64,000 bases of DNA from Octopus sinensis (taxonomy: Eukaryota): contig NC_043003.1 in the NCBI RefSeq assembly GCF_006345805.1, positions 53,320,001-53,384,000 on the forward strand. The letters are read 5' to 3'. Below are positions 54,880-64,000 of this stretch, in pieces. The notes beneath the pieces are model-generated. The model was not told the origin of the DNA. It saw only the letters and a list, made by a program, of their open reading frames with translations, and ran no database searches. The position numbers were made by a program, and so were the translations under genes. Every line of letters starts with the position of its first letter. Position 1 is the stretch's first letter.

Positions 54880-55041
54880 GCAGGGCTCAAGGTACCGGCA
54901 ACTCAGACAGTCACCTGGAGCGCCATGTGCTAGGGGACGCCAAGGAGGGTGTGACAAAGACAAGTAAGTTTCCATGACCGTCAGTTTGCACACGCCGAAG
55001 TTCAGCTTGCCCAGGCTGCTAACAAACCTAGGGCCGGCCCT
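54880..55041. mobile_element. hAT-like MITE
   Basis: Starts CAGGGC and ends GGGCCGGCCCTG. Confidence 0.45.
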
Positions 55042-55734
55042 GGTGTTCAGATCGAGAGAGAGAGAGAGAGAGAGAGATGGTATCCAATAGGTTTCGATAT
55101 TTATGGCACGTCATATGTTATAATGTTAAAGAGATGAGGGGATAAGACAAACTGTCAAATACCTCTTCAAATCTCAAAAATATTGGTGAAGTTTTTTGCA
55201 CTCTCTCTTCTTTAATCCTATACTTCACAGCAACATTATCCCATCCATTTGTGAAGATGTCGACCAATTGAAGACTGGGAGATACTAGCAAAGATTTCTG
55301 GGCGATAAAAACATTAAAAAAATTAAACGAATAAAACACTAAATATTTTTTTAATCAACTAAGAAGTGTGAGCAGGAACTCATCTCACTTAAGGAGACCA
55401 CCCCCTATGAGAAGGAGTCCATCTCCTGTGAAGAGGAATTTACTTCCCGTGAAAAAGAATTCATCTTCTCTCGAATGGTATTAAGTTCACAACTTTCGAC
55501 GTAACCAACAGATGTAATAAGCATATGAAATTCACGAAATCTTACTATACAAAACATTAATTGGAGAGGAGAGAAGCTGGAGTTACACTAAAATAATTGA
55601 GTGAGGGGGAAAGAGAGGGGGGAGGATTCTGAACTCCTCAGTCTTGAAAATTTCATGAGAATAATGTGGAGGATGTGTATTGAGAACTGTAGGGTGATAT
55701 AATCAACCAAATTGGCATTTCTCACAATATTCTT

Positions 55735-56430
55735 TTCCACTCTAGGTACAAGGCCCGAAATTTTTTTGTGGTGGGTGGGGGTGGGTGAGCAGTCGATTAG
55801 ATAGACTCCAGTACGACCCCGAAAGAAAGAAAGAGAGAAAGGCAAAGTCGATCTCAGCGGAATTTGAACTCAGAAGTAAAGACAGACGAAATACCTATTT
55901 CTTTACTACCCATAAGGGGCTAAACACAGAGAGGACAAACAAGGACAGACAAACGGATTAAGTCGATTATATCGACCCCAATGTGGAACTGGTACTTATT
56001 TAATCGACCCCGAAAGGATGAAAAGCAAAGTTGACCTCGGCGGAATTTGAACTCAGAACGTAGCGGCAGACGAAACACTGCTAAGCATTTCGCCCGGCGT
56101 GCTAACGATTCTGCCAGCTCGCCGCACTCTTTTCTACTCTAAGTACAAGGCTCGAAATTTTTTAGCAGGGGCGGGGTCCAGTCGATTAGATCGACCCAGT
56201 ACGCAACTGGTACTTATTTTATCGACCCCGAAAGTAAGTTAGTACGCCGAAAAAAATGCTTAGCGGCATTTCGTCCGCCATTACGTTCTGTGTTCAAATT
56301 ACACCGAGGTCAACTTACCTATAATCCTTTCGGGCCCGATAAAATAAGTACCAGTCAAGTTCTGGGGTTGAAGTAATCGACTATCTCCTTCCCCAAAAAT
56401 TTCAGGCCTCGTGCCTAATGTAGAAAAGGT
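55735..56430. mobile_element. Cluster of SINE family A copies in both orientations
   Basis: Minus-strand tandem copies to about 56230, then a plus-strand copy 56238-56430. Confidence 0.8.
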
Positions 56431-56799
56431 TATTACAGGTAATTATTGCTGTTTTTTCATAAATCTTTAAACTTGTCTCTACATTTATACACTAGCATAG
56501 CTAGAGCGTGTGCTGTTCGGGGGCGGCCCTTCCGTTTGCCGTCCCCGGACCCCACAAAAAACACATTGCCTACAGCAAACCCAAAAGTACTACCCCTTTA
56601 AAAGTGCGGCCCCGGGTGGATCGCCCCTACTGCTACCTCCTAGCTACATCAGTGCATTTATAGTTTAACTTTCACTATCCAATTGTTTTTATATAATTTG
56701 TTTCTAACGTTATTTGTTCTTAAGTATAAGATCGTACGTATTAACCCTCAATGGGTTATTATTTTCATCATTATATTCGGACAAGTTGATGAATTTGCA

Positions 56800-57150
56800 G
56801 CTTGGCATCCAGATTGGCTTTTCTATGCCATCGAACAGCATTGAGGGTCGCTAGATAGACGATCTACAACATTCGGATCTGAGTGGGTTTGAACCTCCAA
56901 GTGGACAGGAATTGGAGCAAGATTATGAGCAGGGTGGCCAGCAACACTCAGAATACGGCCGAGAGAAAGTTATCTTTGAAAGGTCGAGCAGCGGCGGTGA
57001 ATGCCATCTTTGCTTCCCATAATAACTACCGCCTAACTGTCGCACCTTGCCCTAGTCCTCGTTTGGCCAGATTGGAGCACCTACTTTTCCACTTTCTTTA
57101 GAAGGTACGCGTTTCACTGGTCAAGATGTCCAACAGCTGCCAACGCCCTC
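56800..57150 (+). mobile_element. Tx1/L1-clade LINE RT C-terminal fragment
   Basis: LQVDRNWSKIMSRV...ERKLSLKGRAAAVNA...YRLTVAPCP..LARLEHLLFHFL. Confidence 0.8.
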
Positions 57151-57524
57151 TGGAAAGCGGGTCCAACATAGTGTCTGTTGAATCGTAACCTATTCGTAAA
57201 TAATATGATCACGTGATCGATCAGACTATCAGATGTTATATATCGCTGGTCACAATGCACTTTGCTTCGTTCTAGCTTTCGAATGAGGCCCCCACCCCCG
57301 TTGGCTAGGCGAGCAAGCCAACATTCGCCCTGAACGGAAGGCCAATCTGTCACAGGGTTACCCATTTACAGCTGGGTGGGCTGGACCAATGTGAAATGAA
57401 ATTAAATGATTTTTTTGCTCAAGAACACAATGCCCTGCTCGGTCGATAAATCGAACCCTCGTTCTAGCGATCGTGCCCACAACACTGATCACATGACTTC
57501 GCAAGCAATAATGCATTTAGTACT

Positions 57525-57909
57525 AACTAACAGTATCGCCCGGCGTTGCTCAGGTTTGTAAGGGAAATAACTATAAAGCATTTTTAGAGAGTTATAGCCA
57601 AAAAATAGCAAAAAAATGGAAAAAAAATGATGGTAAATTTTTTTTGAGTTAAAAAAGGTGGAGTTGCGTCCCCTAGACGGTCTGAGGTTTGGGTTTCTGA
57701 TTCTCGACCCCATGTCGAATTTATCGATTTTTTTCAGAACTGGGGGAACTTTTCAAAATTTTCGCTGCGTTAGTATTGAATTATGACATTGGGCTATGTG
57801 TGTGTCAAGTTTCATCAGAATCGGTTGAAAGCCGTGGTCAGAGTGAGGGTACGAGAAAACAGACACACAGAAAACGCACAGACAAACTGCCGTTTATATA
57901 GAGAGAGAT
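57525..57909 (+). mobile_element. Non-autonomous Helitron/Helentron-like (Lep1/HINE-type) element
   Basis: 5' ACTAACAGTATCGCCCGGCGTTGCTC, internal CAAGTTTCATCAGAATCGG, (CAGA)-like tract, 3' TTTATATAGAGAGAGAT. Confidence 0.6.
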
Positions 57910-59620
57910 TACTAAAATATTTAAGAAATTTAAAACGGGACCCACATTTCACATCTGGCTTGGACTTTGCCTGAAGTATTTATTATTATTTTTTTTTTAC
58001 GACACAGATCACTACTAAATTCATGGAAGACTAGATTTAATTTACTATAAATAGCTGTAGATGTATTTGACATCTTTCGAGGTTTGAAAGAAGTACACAC
58101 CAGTTTATAACAATGCAAACACCATTTGCACCTGCTTATTGTGTTTCATCTGTTGTTATAGAAGTGGTCTTTATCGCATTAAACAGATTTAATTGAATCC
58201 AAATGTAACCGATACCAGACAGTTAATTACATAGTTATGTTTAGACTTGCTAATTGAAAGTTTGTTTAATTCACTTCTCCTGGTCTTGGAATCATTAACA
58301 CTGGCCAGTATTATCCAGACATGAAGAATTTCATATGCTCCATCTCAAAGAACTTTGTGAACGCGCCAAAATAGTTTGGATATTGTCTTAAGAACTAATT
58401 CCAATGTAAACGAAGTCTGAGTGGAAGTACACTTGTATACAAAAGATGCAACTTCTCGCCTTTCTGAATAGTGCTTTGTTTGTCGAAATTAAACTACAGT
58501 GTGACATTTGAAACATTTCATGGAACATTGCGGAATAACAGATGCTTATTCTCAGATCTCTATTTATTTTTTTTTTGTTTTGTTTTTTGAATGACTTTTT
58601 GGTTGAGAGATTGGTATATTACCACTTTCTGCTACCTCTGCTAACTGGTCTTGCTGCCATGTAGTTATATACACACAAAAGAAACCTTTATTTTTGTATA
58701 TAACTACATTACCCAATGCGTTTTGGCTTAAGACGATTAATGTAATTTGAGGTCGAAAGAACATGTTGAAATTGTTTTGTTGACTCAAAAATCTGGAGTT
58801 TACATAACAAAGGGAAATCTGGATAGAGAGTAAGAATAGATTAATGTCAACTGACGCCCTAAACACACACCCACAATAATAGCTCTATGCTCCTTCCATT
58901 GTCTGTCTGACAAGTTCGTAACACGTAATTACTGAATCTGAAGCATACTCAGTTTTATTCTCGGGCAGGCCTCACATCTATATTGAATGTTAATGTTATT
59001 CATTTAACTTTAAATGGTAATAAGTAATATAAGCAAATTATTTACTCGTAGCTATGACGATAAGGAAAAATGTAGGTATTCAATATTGTTACAATTTACC
59101 ATCTACACGATATCAAATCCAGCACTAGAAAAATTATGCGGTGCCTCACTCAGTACCACCTGGAATATGTGCTGCCTAGGGCAGTGCTTTGAGTTTGTAC
59201 ACTTCTGGGTCCCTAAGAGTATACAGCAGATCCAAACATGCCGCCTTTATAAAAGCGTCGTCTGGGGCGGACCTCCCCCTCGTTCCCACCCATAGCTACC
59301 CCACCGGCTGCATTTCCCTTGGTGGCCTAAGCAGGTACTTATTTTATCTAATGGTTAAATCCGTTCCTGGTTGAAAATGGATTCAAACTTGAAGTTTTCG
59401 AGAGAAAGAATTTTGTATGAAAGGTTAGTATGTAATGGGATATCACAGTTATTTACTGCAGACTCAACAATCCACAAACAACTCTAGAGTCTCTCTCTTA
59501 TTTCATTTCCATCACGTGTTCACAATTCTCGATCAAGTTACTCCTTTATGAAACCCAACAATGAGAACAGACGCAGTGGTTTTAACCTTTTAGACTGGAA
59601 GGAAGGTAATACAATTATAC

Positions 59621-60057
59621 ATTTAAGAGATGAGGAATTATGTACATTATTTACAATTGACGGATATTTTTCCTCATCTTGTTTGTTGTTAACCCAGCGT
59701 TTCGGCTGATATACCTTCCAGCCTTCATCAGGTGTCTTGGGGAAATTTCGAACCTGGGTTCTCATTCCTGATGTATTTTTCGATGTTATTATTATTCGGG
59801 TCACTGCCTGGAATCGAACTCGGAATCTTGGGGTAAAGAGCGCGGGTTACTAACCCCAAGATTCCGAGTTCGATTCTTGGCAATGACCTGAATAATAATA
59901 CTAATAATAACAACAACATCGAAAGATACCTTAGAAATGAGAACCCAAGTTCAAAATTTCCTCAAGACACCTGATGAAGACTGGAGGGTATATCAACCGA
60001 ATTGTTGTGTTAACAACAAACAAGATGAGGACAAATATCCGTCAATTGTAAATAATG
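59621..60057. mobile_element. Palindromic head-to-head dimer of the tRNA-headed hammerhead element
   Basis: Arms ~59646-59833 and ~59846-60057 are reverse complements. HHR-like motifs at 59691-59736 (-) and 59966-60011 (+); tRNA-like heads fused at the centre. Confidence 0.8.
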
Positions 60058-60059
60058 GA

Positions 60060-60960
60060 AAGAAGGTGACGTCTACAACCCTTTTTACAGCCTCCGAGAC
60101 TGGAGGTTATCAACATTTCAAAAAAAAAAATTGTTTCCATGCCTGTTGATAATCCCTTTGCATCATTTTTCACTTCTTTATCAGAACTTTGATGTTCCTG
60201 AATATTTTCAAGAAGACTTCCTTTTATGTATATTCTACGTTAACAATTACAATCACTCGCGATGAATATTTCCATCGCTTTGGGAAGTATTTTCCTTCAA
60301 TTCATCGAGCAAAGAAGTTCCTATCATAGAGCTACTAAAAATGATAAAATATTTAATCTTGAGATTGAAAGAATGTATTTAATTCAGGAATGTGAGAACA
60401 TCTAGATTCTTTGGAACTGAATCCAAAAGAAGGGCTTCTTTCTGCTTTAACATCAGTAAATCCAAGAAATCTTTCGTAAATTTGTCCATTTCCATCATTG
60501 TAACGATCAACAGATGGAAAAGAGTACAAGCAATTTACGTCAGCATAAAGGCATTTTGGAATCTCCTTTTTAGTTTGGTCCTCAAGAAGACTGGTGGCTG
60601 AATGATTAGATAATTCTGAAATGTTGAAGAAAATCAAAAAGCAGTAGCAGTGTTTAAATGGTTTTGCATATTTTCATCAAAATCAACAACGCAAAAAGCT
60701 AACTCTATATTAATTACCATATTTACAGATAATTCACTATAATCGCGGTCACGAAAAATTAATACTTACCTTTTCAAAAAACGTGCTTTTCTAATTAGGC
60801 TTTTTAATATATATCTCTATTTTGCAAAACTTTTTTATTGTGTCTGCTCGTTGTAGATGATTTCTTCTTATCAAATATTAAATCGATTCAACCTACTTTC
60901 GCAAATTGCTTAAAATAAACATAGGCTTGTAATTGGATCACCGGCTTTTCGTAGCGAGCG
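60060..60960 (-). pseudogene. hAT (Tip100/ZMYM1-like) transposase remnant
   Basis: FRDRDYSELSVNM (cf. FRGHDES..N.GN) and RYNDGNGQIYERFLGFTDV. Confidence 0.7.
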
Positions 60961-61934
60961 ATTGCAGAATGCAAGTTATTTAAATAGTCATGTTTTTTTA
61001 TTTACAGAACCCAAAACTAAAATATCCAACAATACAAAACATTATCCTAAATATTTTTTACATAATCATTTGTAAGTTGCATAACGTTCAGTGTTACGTG
61101 TTCTCATATATCATTTGTTTGCTTTTGTCGAGTTTAATGTCAGAAGAGACCTTCCACTGTCGACTGTGTTTCTCTCATCAGAAGTTAACAAAATGATGTT
61201 TTATTCGACTCAGTGAAAACCCCACGGCCATCGCAGCGAAGAGGAATCCATGAAAAAAAAAGGGAGCAGGAAAAGTGTTGAATTTGCCTTGGCGTGATTT
61301 GAACTCTGAGAGCTGGAACAAATGCCACAAATCAGTTTTCTGTCTGTTATGCTTGGTTATAATGAATGTGTACTAAGTATCTGCCCCTCCCCTTCTTTAA
61401 TGTATGTTCAATGAAACAACAAGCCTGCAGTGTTGATGACTGGTACAAGGCAGCTATCGAGAGAAGACGTGAGTCGAAAAGAGAGTGGTCGCTCGACTTG
61501 CACGAAATAGTGGCTAAAACTTCTTCAAATCCCAACATACAGTCTTAAATAAAGACAGACACGATGAATTATGTAATCCTTGGTTGACAAAAGACATGCA
61601 CTTTTGAGACGCCTTTGCTCATAGGTCTGCTGGATCAGGGTTGACCAAGGGCTAAAAAACAAATCAACAAACAAACAAGCAGAGGACTCTATTTATAGTA
61701 TTCAACAGTGTGTGGCAGCCCTTCGGAAGAACCATTTTTATTTTGAGAAAACAGACTTAATCCGATACCTTGTTTGACATTACCATTTTTTCCTCAGGTA
61801 CCATCAGGGAAGTACTTTTGACTGTTAGAAACTTTCAGGCCAGATCTGCGGGTAACTTGATCCCTTCCTTGCACCAATCTTGGAGGCCTTAAAACGGTTC
61901 ATAGCCGATGCACTTCCCCCTCTTCTTTTATCTT

Positions 61935-62334
61935 CTTTTACTTGTTTCAGTCATTAGACTGCGGCCACGCTGGGGCACTATATTGAAGAATTTTTATTCG
62001 AATGAATCAACCCCAGTATATATTATTTAAGCCAGGTACTTATTCCATTGGGCTCTTTTGCTGAACTGCAAAATTACGATGGTGGGACACACACACCCAC
62101 ACGTTTATACAGGGTTGCCCAAATTTCATCCGAGAGTAAATTAAAATTCCATATCTACTATCTGTAATTCTGTATTGACTCGGATGGGGAAATATGTCTC
62201 TCAAGGACTTCAGTTGGAACAATTTTCATGATGTTTTTAAGGATGTTTTTATTAAATTCATTCAGAAGATAAAAGATATATAAATCTTGGAATTAAATGG
62301 TTTTGTTTTACTGTCAGGTGACTTTTGGTCAACC

Positions 62335-62388
<54 letters not shown>

Positions 62389-62535
62389 CGAGCTTCTTTC
62401 AGTTTCCGTCCACCAAATCCACTCTCAAAGCTTTGGCTGGCCCGAGGCTACAGTAGAAAACACTTGCCCAAGGTGTCACGCAATCGAACTAAACCTAGAA
62501 GCATGTGGTTGGAAAGCAAGCTCCTCACCACACAA
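61935..62535 (-). mobile_element. SINE family B copy interrupted by a Tc1/mariner-like MITE
   Basis: Family B halves flank 62108-62339. Confidence 0.7.
62108..62339. mobile_element. Tc1/mariner-like MITE
   Basis: TA-CAGGGTTGCCCAAA and TTTGGTCAACCCTG-TA terminal inverted repeats. Confidence 0.7.
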
Positions 62536-62865
62536 TGCTCTTTGAGGCGAAGTCTATATTATTCTCAATATAAATTTCGTCAGTATTATTCAGTCATGGG
62601 AGATATAGTTGCCTTAGTTATAGTTAGCCATGACGTGACCTGCTGTCAGCTGGAATCCGTTCAGTTAACAGTATTCTATCAAATGGTGAAAGGTTAAATA
62701 TAAACAATTGCGAACCTTTTCAATCAAAACTGTATGTCGTCATCGTATTTCACTCGGTCTCAGAACATGCTGCTCATTGGGAAACTATTTATTGCTTAAT
62801 ATTTTTAGAGCAGTTGATACCTTATGAGTGAATTTGGTTGACTGAAACAGTGAAGAAGCCTGTCG

Positions 62866-62944
<79 letters not shown>

Positions 62945-62948
<4 letters not shown>

Positions 62949-63145
62949 AAGGGAAAGTTTACGAAAATAAACAAAAGACGAAGGCAGGTAGAGTACAAAC
63001 AAATGTTTAATATAGCGCTCAGGAATAGAAAAAGTCTTTTACGTTTCGAGCCTACGCTCTTCGACAGAAAGATACACAGAAAAAAACAAGGAGAGAAACA
63101 AGGAGAGAAAAAAATGCGTGTAGGAGCTAACGATCTATCATGGCG

Positions 63146-63146
<1 letters not shown>
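62945..63146 (-). mobile_element. Penelope-type terminal fragment with a minimal hammerhead motif (63035-63072)
   Basis: UCUUU-CUGUCGA-A-GAGC GUAG GCUC-GAAAC-GUA-AAAGA, flanked on both sides by (TA)n. Confidence 0.7.
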
Positions 63147-63191
<45 letters not shown>

Positions 63192-63490
63192 CAAAGTGGG
63201 ACAAGAACGCAAAACATCCGGACAGCTAGGTGATACAAAAGGGCACAACAAAACATCCAGATAGATGATACAAAGAAAACAAGGACGGGTCATTCGAAGC
63301 CCTCTATCCTCAGTCAAGCACCAGATTATCCTCGCAATTTCGGCTGATTATTCTTGAGATTTCTTCAATCTGGCCAGCCCCAAGGAAAAACTAAGCTAAG
63401 AGCATTAGATCCCTTGGAAGAAAGCAGCGAATGTATGCAAAAACAAGGACGGAAAAAACGAATATAAATATAAATATATATATATATATA

Positions 63491-63920
63491 TCTGTTCGAA
63501 GGTTATATGGACACAGGTTCGTATGTAACATAGCTAGCTAGGGGCGATGGCCTCTTGGAGCTAATCAACGGCAGCATTCGTCTTATTTTTCTGGACTGCC
63601 ATGTTAGCTTGGCGATAATTATTAATATCCAGCATCACTTGGAAATATTAATATTTCTATTTTTGAAAACCAGTGGATGTATTCCACAGGATTTAGGTAA
63701 ATAATCCTTCGAACAGACGGTCAGCAACGACACCTTCCTGGTTCGGCTGCTCTACGTTGATAAGGGGCAAATACCCTGAAACTAGTCTGTAGATGCCAGA
63801 CCATCAAGGGGAAGCGGCTAACCTTCCCAATTCGAAGGTTATAATGGAGCTAATCAATGGCAGCATTCGTCCTATTTTTCTGGACTGCCATTTTAGCTTG
63901 GCGTAAACTATTAATATATA
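63491..63920 (+). mobile_element. Retrozyme-like partial tandem element within TA-rich flanks
   Basis: Direct repeat TTCGAAGGTTATA..TGGAGCTAATCAA.GGCAGCATTCGTC.TATTTTTCTGGACTGCCAT.TTAGCTTGGCG at about 63495/63556 and 63831/63845; HHR inside. Confidence 0.65.
63751..63793 (+). ncRNA. Minimal type I hammerhead ribozyme, U3:A8 core variant
   Basis: UCUACG-UUGAUAA-GGGG CAAAUA CCCU-GAAA-CUAG-UC-UGUAGA: 6 bp stem I, 4 bp stem II, palindromic ACUAGU stem III, GUC cleavage triplet. Confidence 0.75.
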
Positions 63921-64000
63921 TGTTCAGTTATAATAAAAACATATATACATATGTGTATACAAATGCACACTGACGCACATACATGCGCTCAAACAAACAA

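Noticed and set aside
58240-58500. Possible further hAT transposase fragment
   Set aside because: Similarity is too weak to call by eye.

Overview
AT-rich, repeat-dense animal DNA. The SINE families and microsatellite load point to an octopus or other coleoid cephalopod (inference). One host gene is supported on the minus strand: an INF2/MWH-type formin GBD/FH3 (DID) protein, with coding exons at 49043-48548 and 3740-3625 joined across a ~44.8 kb phase-1 GT-AG intron; the gene continues beyond the left edge. The rest is decayed mobile DNA: a Neptune-type Penelope-like element, RTE, R4/Dong, CR1-like and Tx1 LINE remnants, mariner, Tigger, hAT, MULE, piggyBac and Helitron-like pieces, and four SINE families. 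The most notable signal is a set of small elements carrying minimal type I hammerhead ribozyme (HHR) motifs. These include a tRNA-headed element with an HHR, arranged head-to-head; a tandem retrozyme-like unit with a U3:A8 core variant; Penelope-type terminal fragments with a canonical or A6U core; and AT-rich foldbacks with a split HHR core. All calls were made by eye; no searches were run.
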